Under the pieces are notes generated by a model. The model saw only the letters and a program-made list of their open reading frames with translations. It was not told the origin of the DNA and ran no database searches. The position numbers and the translations under genes were made by a program. Shown piece by piece: positions 8,956 to 18,800 of a DNA stretch of 64,000 bases. The stretch is from a bacterium (GTDB taxonomy: Bacteria > Patescibacteriota > Minisyncoccia > JAHIHE01), in the NCBI GenBank assembly GCA_030693205.1, contig JAUYBG010000010.1, positions 66,059 through 130,058 of the forward strand, read 5' to 3'. How positions within the stretch are numbered: the first letter of the stretch is position 1; each line of letters begins with the position of its first letter.

Positions 8956-10416
8956 TTATTCTACAAATTTTCCTTCCAGTCCCCAGGCGCTTGCCTGGGT
9001 TATTTTTATTTTAGCGAATTGGCCCACAGTAAGTTTGCCTTCCAAGGACTCCCCTTGGAAGTTTCCAAGGGGAGTCCTTGGAAGGGAGAGAATAGCAATC
9101 CTCACATTTTTAAAAGTTCTTGTTTTTCCGGCTGCAAATCCGCCATCCAATTTTTCTATTAAAACCTCAACTATTTTCCCGACATATTTTTTATTATTCG
9201 CGAGGGCGGTTTTTCTGAGAATGTCATTAAGAAATTCTTTGCGGCGTTTTTTTTCGGTAATTGGCACATTATCTTTCAGCTTTGCCGCGGCAGTGCCGGT
9301 GCGAGGGGAATATTGGGCTAAATAGGCCATGTCGTATTTTACGCTTCGCATGATTTTGGCGGTGTTGGCGAATTGCGCTTTGGTCTCTCCCGGGAATCCG
9401 ACAATAATATCGGTGGAAATCGCGATTGGCGGATTCCAAACACTCGACTTGTCATTGCGAGCGTTAGCGAAGCAATCTCTTGTGCTATTCTTATGTTTTG
9501 AGATTGCTTCGTCGCTTTGCTCCTCGTAATGACGGAATTGGTATGTTTTTTTAATTTTATTTATTAATTTCAGATATTGCACGCTGGTATAGCGCCGGTT
9601 CATTTTTTCGAGGATTTTATCATCTCCGGCTTGGATCGGCAGATGCACATATTCGCAGATTTTTTTGGATTTTGCCATTATTCGGATCAATTCGTCGCTC
9701 ATATCTTTCGGATGGCTGGTAAGGAAGCGGATCCAAAAATTGCCGGGAATAGCATTGATTAATTTTAAGAGCTGGGGAAAAGTAACGGGTTTTTTCTTAT
9801 TCTCTATTGATTTATAAGAATTTACATTTTGCCCCAGTAGTGTGATTTCTTTATATCCTTTGCCGATCAATCTTTTCACTTCTTTGATTATTTCTTTTGC
9901 CGGCCGCGATATTTCCCGTCCCCGGGTATAAGGCACGGCGCAATAAGAGCAAAAATTATTGCAGCCGGTCATAATCGGAATATATGCGCTAAAATTGCTT
10001 TGGTATTGGGGATTGATCCTGAAATAATCGGTATAATCAAAAGCTTTGAATTCTTGTTCGCTCGCATCGGGGTTCAGGAGTTTGAGCAGTTTTTTAAGTT
10101 CGTCGTTCTTGGGACTGGTTAATTCTTTAATATCGATGATCAGGTCAAATTTATCTTTGAGTTTCTTTTTATCCGATTCAAGAAGGCAGCCGGTCAGAAT
10201 AGTTTTGCCGGATTTATTTATTTTCCTGAAATTTATCAGTTGTCCGTATATTCTATTGATGGCGGATTGGCGGACAGAGCAGGAGTTTATTATAAGCAAA
10301 TCGGCTTCATTGATATTTTTTGCCGGCATGATTTTTGCCAATTTCAAGATCGCCGCGATTCTTTCACTATCGCTTATATTCATCTGACATCCATATGTTA
10401 TGATAAAATATTTCAT
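8956..10416 (-). CDS. miaB: tRNA-2-methylthio-i6A37 methylthiotransferase
   Basis: TYGCQMN, CNNFCSYC radical-SAM motif, TDIIVGFPGET, C-terminal TRAM domain; next to miaA. Confidence 0.97.
   Translation of the reverse strand: MKYFIITYGCQMNISDSERIAAILKLAKIMPAKNINEADLLIINSCSVRQSAINRIYGQLINFRKINKSGKTILTGCLLESDKKKLKDKFDLIIDIKELTSPKNDELKKLLKLLNPDASEQEFKAFDYTDYFRINPQYQSNFSAYIPIMTGCNNFCSYCAVPYTRGREISRPAKEIIKEVKRLIGKGYKEITLLGQNVNSYKSIENKKKPVTFPQLLKLINAIPGNFWIRFLTSHPKDMSDELIRIMAKSKKICEYVHLPIQAGDDKILEKMNRRYTSVQYLKLINKIKKTYQFRHYEEQSDEAISKHKNSTRDCFANARNDKSSVWNPPIAISTDIIVGFPGETKAQFANTAKIMRSVKYDMAYLAQYSPRTGTAAAKLKDNVPITEKKRRKEFLNDILRKTALANNKKYVGKIVEVLIEKLDGGFAAGKTRTFKNVRIAILSLPRTPLGNFQGESLEGKLTVGQFAKIKITQASAWGLEGKFVE
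9038..9085. repeat. Perfect 23-bp-arm palindrome in frame in the miaB TRAM domain
   Basis: ccttccaaggactccccttggaa-gt-ttccaaggggagtccttggaagg. 48 nt = 16 codons. Confidence 0.9.
9451..9533. repeat. GTCA...TGAC (RPE-like) element in frame in miaB
   Basis: gtcattgcgagcgttagcgaagcaatctc...gagattgcttcgtcgctttgctcctcgtaatgac. Encodes RHYEEQSDEAIS...RDCFANARND. Confidence 0.9.
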
Positions 10417-10438
10417 AATATAAAGTAATAATAAGCCG

Positions 10439-10476
10439 CTTGCCTCGCGTCGATGAGCTTTGCGAGTCGAGGCGGG
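10439..10476. repeat. Short GCCTCG...CGAGGCG hairpin element
   Basis: cttgcctcgcgtcgatgagctttgcgagtcgaggcggg. Related to 51682-51708 and 57617-57645. Confidence 0.65.
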
Positions 10477-10588
10477 TAGGTAATGATATGATATTTCATA
10501 AGTTCATTTTAACATAGTTTTATTTATTTTCAATCCAAAAACCCGCTTTTGGCGGGCATTTGGATATTGATAAAGAAAGAACTTTTAT

Positions 10589-12094
10589 TTAGTATAGATC
10601 TTTGGAGTCAGTGCCAGTTCCGGATATTGGACATTTGTCTACTTTTCTCCAATTAGCTGGCACATCGCAGGGTGTGGGAAATACTTTACAGATTCCTTCC
10701 GGACTGATTGCCGGTGTGATCACTTGAATACAGACTGCTGGTTTAGGAGTAATGCTTACAGTAGGTGGAATTTCCGGTATACTTATGTCCGGTGGGATTT
10801 TTGGTATGCCTGTAATAGGCGGAGTTTCACAAGTTCCTTTCCGAATTATTTCCATTCCGGCCGCTTTGGCAAAACACTCATTAGAATAAGTTTTACCGTT
10901 TTTACCGCAAACCGGATTCCATATCTCAATACAAGCGGGGCCAACATTCAAAACAGGAGGGGTATTTGGGGGAGTAACGCCTGTATCGGGAGTAATGATT
11001 CTATTGGGTGGAACCACCACATCGCCCGTGACTATACATATGGGTTGCGAAGGACAGCCTTTTATGTCCGGGCCAAAAACCACTCTTCCGTTTTTGCAAA
11101 AATCAGAGGCAACGCCCCAAGCCGCACAGCCGATTCGCCGCCCTTCCTCGTTTATTTTTTTTAAAATATCCGCTTTTCCCGCCTCCAGTTTTTCTTGCAG
11201 CCGGGGAGTCTCAACTGTCGCGGTTCCCGCTTTTATTCTCGCTTTCAAATTTTCCAATATTTCCAGTTGTGTTTTTTTGACGCCGGAAATTGTTCCGATA
11301 TAGCCTTTAAATTTTTCCTGATCTTCCGGGCTCATTTTTTCCAGATCCCTCTGCAGTCTTTTCAGAGAATTTTCTTCGGCTTTTTGGATTGCTCCTCTTG
11401 CCTGTTCCGGTAATTTTTCTCCCAAATTTTTTAAAACTTCCAAATTTTTGAATTCTTTAAACTGGCTGCCTGCCTGTTTATCCAGGGCGCTATCAAGCTT
11501 TTCGGTTATTTTTTCCGGCCTGTCTTCCAATTTTTGCATTACGTTATTAAATCTTTCCAGCTGCGCGTCTTTTGCTTCTTTTATTTTTGCGAGCGCTTCC
11601 GATGGAACCTGGGTTTCCAATTTTTGAAGAAGTTTTTGGTGCAGGGCTTGCTGGCCGATGAATTTATTAAGGAAAGTTTCCACTTGAGGATTTTCTTTGG
11701 CTTTTTGATTTATTGCGTTGGCTGCTGTTTTCAGCTGTTCGGCTTCTTTTTGGTAATTTTCCGTTGCCTTTTTAATCGCTTCTTGGTTTTTATTTTGTTC
11801 GATCGTTTTTTTCAGTTCCAGTAATTTTTCATTGGCAAATTTCTCTTTTAGCTCAGTTTTGGCGATAGAGCTAAAAGTGAAAAAACTCTGGATTCCTCTT
11901 TGCCAGTTTTTTAGAAAATAAAATGAGCTATCCGGCAGAATTACTGGTTCGCTGATCCCCAGATCGCTTGCTTGTATATTTTCATCGAGATTCACGGCGG
12001 CTGCCGTTTCTGGCGCTGTTTCCTGGGCTAAGGCCGTCAATCCAAAAATAAAAATCATCGCTAAGCTTAAACCGAAGATTTTTAAACTTTTCAT
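10589..12094 (-). CDS. Secreted DUF5667-like helical protein with a Kazal-type domain and Cys-rich modules
   Basis: Signal peptide; ILPDSSFYFLK (DUF5667); C...PVCG.NGKTYSNEC...C (Kazal); P/T-rich linkers. Confidence 0.75.
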   Translation of the reverse strand: MKSLKIFGLSLAMIFIFGLTALAQETAPETAAAVNLDENIQASDLGISEPVILPDSSFYFLKNWQRGIQSFFTFSSIAKTELKEKFANEKLLELKKTIEQNKNQEAIKKATENYQKEAEQLKTAANAINQKAKENPQVETFLNKFIGQQALHQKLLQKLETQVPSEALAKIKEAKDAQLERFNNVMQKLEDRPEKITEKLDSALDKQAGSQFKEFKNLEVLKNLGEKLPEQARGAIQKAEENSLKRLQRDLEKMSPEDQEKFKGYIGTISGVKKTQLEILENLKARIKAGTATVETPRLQEKLEAGKADILKKINEEGRRIGCAAWGVASDFCKNGRVVFGPDIKGCPSQPICIVTGDVVVPPNRIITPDTGVTPPNTPPVLNVGPACIEIWNPVCGKNGKTYSNECFAKAAGMEIIRKGTCETPPITGIPKIPPDISIPEIPPTVSITPKPAVCIQVITPAISPEGICKVFPTPCDVPANWRKVDKCPISGTGTDSKDLY

Positions 12095-12205
12095 ATTTTT
12101 TTATTGATTAATTATTTATAATTTATATTTTTATTGCTTTAATTTTAGTCTTTTTTAGAAACGCTGTCAATTTTTTCAATGCTAATTTTCATCTTGACCG
12201 TTCAT

Positions 12206-13651
12206 TTAGCTCAAAAAATCAATTATTCCCATTTCAAATTTATCCAGTTCCGGCGTCATTGGCCAGCCATACGAAAGAGGGGTAAGAATGGCGAAGCTTA
12301 TGGCGATTAAAATCAACAACGCGGCGAAAATCTCTTTGTCTTTTTGGTAAATTTTTTCCAGATAAATGCTTAAAAGCAGAATGGCAAACGTGGCCGAGAG
12401 CAGGTAATGATAAAGAAAAGCCACGCGTTTGACCCCGATGAAAGGCAGGATATTGGCAAAATACGCCAAAACCAGCAAATACATAAACGGTGTAATTTTT
12501 TGCCGTTCTTTTTTACTGACTATTAAAATCAAAGTCAGAGCGATCGCTCCAAACGCGAGCCCCCAGAGGACAGGATTTCCGAGAAAATAAATTTTTCCGA
12601 TCTTTTGTCCATTGTCGGGAGTCGGCGCTTGATACCAATAATATATCGGTTTTTTATCAGAAGGCCATTCGTTCCATACACTGCTAAAAGGATGAGTGGC
12701 GGTCAGTCCGGCGCTGGCGCCGTACATTGTGGCATTTAACTCAATGAATTTTTCCCAAAAATTAAGCGGATCGGGAGTATCTTCTTTTCCGTTTTTGAGT
12801 TCGGACTGGAAAGGCGCGCTCATAAACGCGTCGCCCTGTCCGGACTTGGTCAGAAGATCGAAATGGATATAAAACGGGATCAAATAAATCAGGAATCCCG
12901 TCACGAAAATGATCACAATGCCGGCGATAGCTTCTTTGATTTTGATCATTATAGAAACGGCATGATTTTCCGGGCTTAGCCAATCGGACATTTTTCTGCT
13001 AATAATTTTAATCAATAAAATTGTTACAATAACGCCGATTGTCGCGAGTCCTGTCCATTTTATTGAAACAGTTAATCCGAAACTAACGCCGGTTAGCGCC
13101 AGAAAAGCAAACCATTTCTTGCTGAAGATTTTTTCTTTTTGATAAAGCAGGAAAAAGCAGAAAGTCAGGATCTCAAAAAACACGAGGAAGATATCAATAG
13201 CGATTATTTTTGATTGAACCAGGAAGGCGTTATCGAGTAGGATCAGCACTCCGGCGATCAGGGCAATCTGTCTTGAGCGGGTGGCAAGGTACGCGAACCA
13301 CGAAAAAAGCAATACGAATAAACTTCCGAACAAAGCCGGCAGAAATCTTAAGGTGAAAAATAATTGCGAGTTTGCCGCTTCGCCGATTTTGTCAAAGTTA
13401 AACACAAGATCGAAATTCATTAATTTTGCCCAGCCGGCGATGATAAGCTTTCCCAGAGGCGGGTGGATGTCAAAATAATATTGGTGGTTGAAATAAGCCG
13501 CGGCAAATTTACCAAAGTATATTTCGTCAAAAATTGTCTGATTGGGGTAGGCGAGGAAGGCGAAATGAACAATGAAAGCCGATATTGCCAGAATAACGAA
13601 TAGATAGTTTGTTCTGAGAAAATCTTTTAGCCAAATTATTGACAAATGCAT
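12206..13651 (-). CDS. Lipid-carrier-dependent protein O-mannosyltransferase (PMT/GT39)
   Basis: FDE.Y, DIHPPLGK, KWTG, HPFSS.W..WP, GNP.LW, FLYHYL; polytopic. Confidence 0.88.
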   Translation of the reverse strand: MHLSIIWLKDFLRTNYLFVILAISAFIVHFAFLAYPNQTIFDEIYFGKFAAAYFNHQYYFDIHPPLGKLIIAGWAKLMNFDLVFNFDKIGEAANSQLFFTLRFLPALFGSLFVLLFSWFAYLATRSRQIALIAGVLILLDNAFLVQSKIIAIDIFLVFFEILTFCFFLLYQKEKIFSKKWFAFLALTGVSFGLTVSIKWTGLATIGVIVTILLIKIISRKMSDWLSPENHAVSIMIKIKEAIAGIVIIFVTGFLIYLIPFYIHFDLLTKSGQGDAFMSAPFQSELKNGKEDTPDPLNFWEKFIELNATMYGASAGLTATHPFSSVWNEWPSDKKPIYYWYQAPTPDNGQKIGKIYFLGNPVLWGLAFGAIALTLILIVSKKERQKITPFMYLLVLAYFANILPFIGVKRVAFLYHYLLSATFAILLLSIYLEKIYQKDKEIFAALLILIAISFAILTPLSYGWPMTPELDKFEMGIIDFLS

Positions 13652-13652
13652 A

Positions 13653-15428
13653 TTATTTTTTTTCTTCGATTTCTTTTTTAATCATTTCAATGAACTTTTT
13701 AATTTCCAGAGTTTCGGTTTTTTTATCGCCGCGAGTCCGGACATTGACGGATTTGGATTCTATTTCTTTATCTCCAACCACAAGAAGATAGGGGATCTTT
13801 TGCATTTCTCCGGCGCGGACTTTTTTGCCAAGAGTTTCATTGGTTTCGTCAATTTCAACCCTTATGTCATTATTCAGAAGTTCTTTGTGGATTTTTTTGG
13901 CGTAATCCAGGTGTTTTTCAGTGGATATCGGAACGATTCGCGTTTGTACAGGCGCGAGCCAAGCGGGAAAAGCTCCAGCGGTCTGTTCGACCAAAAAAGC
14001 GAAGAATCTATCGAAAGAACCCATTATTGCACGGTGTATTATAACCGGTTTTTCTTTTTCACCTTTTTCATTGATAAAAGACAGATCAAACCTGTCGGGC
14101 GAATAGAAGTCTAATTGGCAAGTTGCTATCGAGTCTTCTTTTCTTGCCACATTTTTGATCTGGACGTCGATCTTTGGTCCGTAGAACGCCGCTTCTCCCA
14201 CCGCTTCCACGAATTTTACTTTAAGTTTTTTTAAGACCGACCTTACTATTTCGGACGATTTCTCCCATAATTCTTTATTCTCGATATTGCCATATTTTTC
14301 TTTATTATTAAAGTCAGGGAGAGACAGCCTGAACCAATATCCTTCGATCCGGAAATCCTCGTAGACTTTTTGGAAAAGGGCGATTACTTTTTCCAATTCT
14401 TCTTTTACTTGCTTTTGAGCGCAATATATATGGGAATCGTTTTGTGAAAAACATCTTGCCCGGATCAGTCCGGTTAAGACGCCTGATCTTTCAAACCGGT
14501 GAAGCAAGCTGAAGTCGGATAATCTTAAAGGAAGGTCCTTATAACTTTTAAGCCCATGTTTGAAAATTATATGATGATGCGGACAATTCATCGGCTTCAG
14601 ATAATATTTTTCTCCCTCGATGTCAATAGGACTGTACATGTCGTCTTTATAATGCGCAAGATGTCCTGAGGTTTTGTATAATCTTTCATGAGTTAAGGCG
14701 GGAGTATAAACGAAACTATATCCGTTTTTTTTCTCCAGCTCATACATATAATCTTCGAGCCTTTTTCTGATAAAAGCGCCTTTGGGAAGCCAGAGAGGAA
14801 GTCCTTTGCCGACTTCTTCAGAAATCATAAATAGATCCAGTTGTTCGGCTAATTTCCTGTGGTCTCTTTTTTCCGCTTCTTCCTGTTGTTTTAAATACTC
14901 TTGAAGAGCTTTTTTGTCCTGAAAAGCTACGCCGTAAATTCGCTGGAGCATTTTATTTTTTTCGTCTCCGCGCCAATAAGCGCCGGCGATTTTGGTGAGT
15001 TTGAAGCTGGTAGCGTCGATTTCGCCGGCAGAATCAATATGCGGCCCGCGGCAAAGATCCACGAAGTTTTCGGTTTTATATACGGTTACTTTCGGTTCTT
15101 TGGCCTCGGTTGCCAGTATTTCTATCTTATATTTTTGCATCGCCTTATTGAAATGAATAACCGCTTCTTCGTGTGAAATTTCTTGTCTTTCAAAAGGCAG
15201 GTTTTTATTGATTATTTTTCGCATTTTTTCCTCCAGTATCGGCAAATCTTCGGGGATCAAAGTTCGCGGCAGATCGAAATCATAATAAAATCCATTTTCG
15301 ATATTCGGTCCTACGCCGAATTTCGCTTCCGGAAACATATCGAGAACGGCGGAAGCTAAGATATGCGCTAATGAGTGGCGTTTGATTTCAATATCATAAT
15401 TTTTCTTATTTTCGTTGTTTTTGTTCAT
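13653..15428 (-). CDS. thrS: Threonine--tRNA ligase
   Basis: HSLAH, DLCRGPH, KRDHRK, KPMNCP, AAFYGPKID, IHRA. Confidence 0.98.
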   Translation of the reverse strand: MNKNNENKKNYDIEIKRHSLAHILASAVLDMFPEAKFGVGPNIENGFYYDFDLPRTLIPEDLPILEEKMRKIINKNLPFERQEISHEEAVIHFNKAMQKYKIEILATEAKEPKVTVYKTENFVDLCRGPHIDSAGEIDATSFKLTKIAGAYWRGDEKNKMLQRIYGVAFQDKKALQEYLKQQEEAEKRDHRKLAEQLDLFMISEEVGKGLPLWLPKGAFIRKRLEDYMYELEKKNGYSFVYTPALTHERLYKTSGHLAHYKDDMYSPIDIEGEKYYLKPMNCPHHHIIFKHGLKSYKDLPLRLSDFSLLHRFERSGVLTGLIRARCFSQNDSHIYCAQKQVKEELEKVIALFQKVYEDFRIEGYWFRLSLPDFNNKEKYGNIENKELWEKSSEIVRSVLKKLKVKFVEAVGEAAFYGPKIDVQIKNVARKEDSIATCQLDFYSPDRFDLSFINEKGEKEKPVIIHRAIMGSFDRFFAFLVEQTAGAFPAWLAPVQTRIVPISTEKHLDYAKKIHKELLNNDIRVEIDETNETLGKKVRAGEMQKIPYLLVVGDKEIESKSVNVRTRGDKKTETLEIKKFIEMIKKEIEEKK

Positions 15429-15437
15429 AGTATTTTT

Positions 15438-15530
15438 GTCATTCCGAGCGGAGCGAGGAATCTCTTGGGCTCAATAAAATAATAATAAGTCTAAGAGATT
15501 TCTCAGTCGTTGCTACTCCTTCGAAATGAC
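15438..15530. repeat. GTCA...TGAC palindromic element in the thrS 5' leader
   Basis: gtcattccgagcggagcgaggaatctc...gagatttctcagtcg...cttcgaaatgac. Confidence 0.85.
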
Positions 15531-15555
15531 AAATAAAATTAGCGATTTATTTAAT

Positions 15556-15777
15556 AAAAAAAGCACTATTAATTTAGTACTTCAGGGCGTAAATAACTCA
15601 TAACCAATGACCTATAACTGATAACAAATAAAAGTTATGGGTTATAAGTTTTTAGTTATTAGTTGTTTTGCGCGGTTCCACCTGTATTTATGGCTCGTGA
15701 ATTGTCTAGAAACTTAGTCTGCCGATGAGGCAGGTTCCTTGCGGAAAAAGGCTTGGTAAGCCCTTCAATCGTTTCTA
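15556..15777 (-). ncRNA. T-box-like leader of thrS (atypical)
   Basis: Minus strand has CAGGUGGAACCGCG (15684-15671), partner CGCCCUG (15589-15583), then a hairpin and U-tract (15582-15556). Lies directly upstream of an aaRS gene. Confidence 0.8.
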
Positions 15778-15782
15778 AATAT

Positions 15783-15811
15783 ATAATAGGAGATTTTAGG
15801 AAGCGTGTCAA
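15783..15811 (-). promoter_or_regulatory. sigma70 promoter of the thrS leader
   Basis: TTGACA-17-TATTAT on the minus strand; predicted start falls at the first leader helix. Confidence 0.75.
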
Positions 15812-15820
15812 ATGTTGGCG

Positions 15821-18800
15821 CTATTCAATTCTAATATTCTCTTTTGCCACTATTTTTTCCAGCGTTTCTTGCAGCGCCGGCGTATAATTCACCGAATACG
15901 GCGTTTTGAGGGTTTTTGTTCCGCTAGCGGATTCAATATTGAGAATGACTTGATTGATTCCTTTTTCCGCGCCGGCAATCATATTTTTCAATTCAGTCAT
16001 TTTTTCCTTATTCCAATCAGCGCTGATTTTGATGAAAATCTTTGGAGCGTTTGGAGGATTATATATTCCATCTCGATTGTTTGCTTGATCGCTGCCAGAA
16101 GAGCCATTGCCGCCCGAAGCAGTGTTGTCAGAATGGGATTTTAATTTTTCTTCAGTGATGATATTTGCCTCGTCCACCAAAATTTTTGTTTCATTGTCGC
16201 GAAAATTCACTTTGCCGGTTATGATGACGATATTATTTTCCGTCCAGACCAGCGGATTTTTGTCCAGAACTTTGGCAAAAACCACCGCTTCGGTTTTGCC
16301 GGTAAGGTCTTCTATTTCCGCGAAGACCATCAGGCGATTGGTTTTGGTCATAATTTTTTTGACACTATTGATGATCGCGCCGATCTTTACCGGAGATCCT
16401 TCGCTTTTGTGCTTTAGGTCTTTGATCGGAATTCCGATCTTTTTAAAATATTGGCTGTAGCGGGCGAGAGGGTGGCCGGAAACATACAAGCCCATTAATT
16501 CTTTTTCCCAGTTCAAATACGCCGTCTTATCGTCGGCGGTCAGTTCGCGGGAAGGCAAGTTCAAATGACTTACGGAAAAAGCGGCATCGCCGAAGAGGCT
16601 TGCTTGCATACTGCTTTTATTTTTGTGGAGTTCGTGGGAATATTCAAGGATTTTTTCAATATTTTCCACAATCGTATGGCGGGGCAGGAATTTATCGAAA
16701 GCTCCGGTTTTTGCCAGCGCTTCAATGGATTTCTTGTTTAATTCGTGAGGGTCAAGCCTTTCCAGAATGTCTTCGAAGTTTTTAAAAGCGCCATGAGCTT
16801 TTCGCTCCGCGACCAGATTTTCGACAAATTTTTCGCCGATATTTTTTATCGCCAAAAGTCCGAAGCGGATAGTTTTTTCGTCAATGTAAGTGAAGTTTTT
16901 CAAGCTTTCGTTGATATCGGGAGGCAAGACTTTTATGCCCATATTTTCGCATTCTTCCACGGCTTCGGCGATCTTTTCGGTATCATCGGATTCCGCAGTC
17001 ATTACCGCCGCCATAAATTCCGCTGGGAAATTGGCTTTCATATAAGCGGTATAATAGGCGACATTGGCATAGCTCGCGGCATGGGCTTTATTGAATCCGT
17101 AAGCGGCAAAAGGCTCGATCAGAGTAAAAAGTTCCTGGGCTTTTTGCTTTGTCATTCCTCCGGCGATCGCTCCATCAGTGAATTTTATTTTTTGGCGCGC
17201 CATTTCCTCGGCGATTTTTTTGCCCATGGCTTTACGGAGCTTGTCGGCTTCTTCCCAAGTATAGCCGGCGATATTGATGGCGATAAGGAGCACGTCGTCT
17301 TGATAGGTGATGATTCCGTAAGACATGTCGAGAATACTTCTCATTCGCGGATCAAGCACTTTGATCAAAGTCGGGTTATGCTTTCTCGCGATGAATTCCG
17401 GAATGGAATTCATCGGGCCCGGGCGGAAAAGCGCTACCATGGCCATGATATCGAAAATAGTCGTGGGTTTTAATTCTTTGAGATAGCGCGTCATGCCGGA
17501 TCCGGAAAGCTGAAAAACTCCCATAGTTTGGCCTTTGGTCAGGAGGTCGAATGTTTTTTTGTCGTCCATGGGAATAGCCTGAAAATCAACCGTGATGCCT
17601 TTGGTGCCTTTGACGATTTTTACCGCTTGTCCCAAGATCGACAGATTTCTTATTCCCAAAAAGTCCATTTTTACCAATCCCACTTCTTCCACGGCGCCCA
17701 TTTCATATTGAGTGATCACTTTTTCTCCGCCAGGATCTTTTTGAAGCGGCAGGTAATCAGTCAGGTCGGTAGGCGAAATAACCACTCCGGCAGCGTGCAC
17801 TGACGCGTGGCGCGCCACTCCTTCCAGTTTTTCCGCCAAATCCAGTATTTTTTTCACTTCCGGGTCGTTTTTGTAGGCGGCTCCGAGCGATGGCGTCATT
17901 TTTTTTGCCTGATCGATCGTCATAGTGGAGCCCTGGCTTCCCATCGGGATCATTTTGGCGATCGAGTCGGATTTGGTATAGGGAATGCCAAGCGCCCGGG
18001 CTACGTCTCGCACGGAAGCTCTCGCGGCCATGGTTCCAAAAGTGACAATTTGCGCGACTTTGTCTTTGCCGTATTTTTGGGTGACGTATTCAATTACTTT
18101 ATCGCGCTTGTCATCGGCAAAGTCCATATCAATATCCGGAGGAGAGGGGCGAAAGGGATTCAAAAATCTTTCAAAAGGCAGATTGTATTTCAGGGGATTG
18201 ATATTCGTGATCGCCAGGCAGTATGAGACAAAGCTTCCGGCAGCCGAACCTCTGGTGGTAGAAATTATTCCTTCCGTTCTTGACCAGTTGACGAAATCCG
18301 CCACAATGAGAAAATAAGCCGAATATTTTTTTTGGAAAACAATGCCTAATTCATACTCGATTCTTTCTATTTCTTTGGGGTCAACTTTTCCATGGAGAGC
18401 TTCGGGGAAAACATCTTCCGGTTTTACGGCAATATTATTTCTTCCAGCCAATCCTTCATAGGTTTTTCTTTTTAAATACTGATCGACAGTGTAATTTTCC
18501 GGCAAAGGAAAGGCGGGAAAATGCCGGGCGGTAAGTTCGATCGCGAGATCGCACATCGCGGCGATTTTTTCAGTATTTTCGATCGCTTCAGGCGTTTCTT
18601 TCATTGCTTCGATCATTTCTTCCGGCGTTTTGAAGGAAAAATCTTCTCCCAGCATGCTCATCCTGTCTTTTTCCGTGACTTTCCGGTTCATTTGGATGCA
18701 AAGCAGAGTATCCTGCGCTTCGGCGTCTTCTTTCAGCAAATAATGCGCGTCGTTTGTCGCTACCAGAGGAATATTCAATTTTTTGGAAATTTCAATCAGA

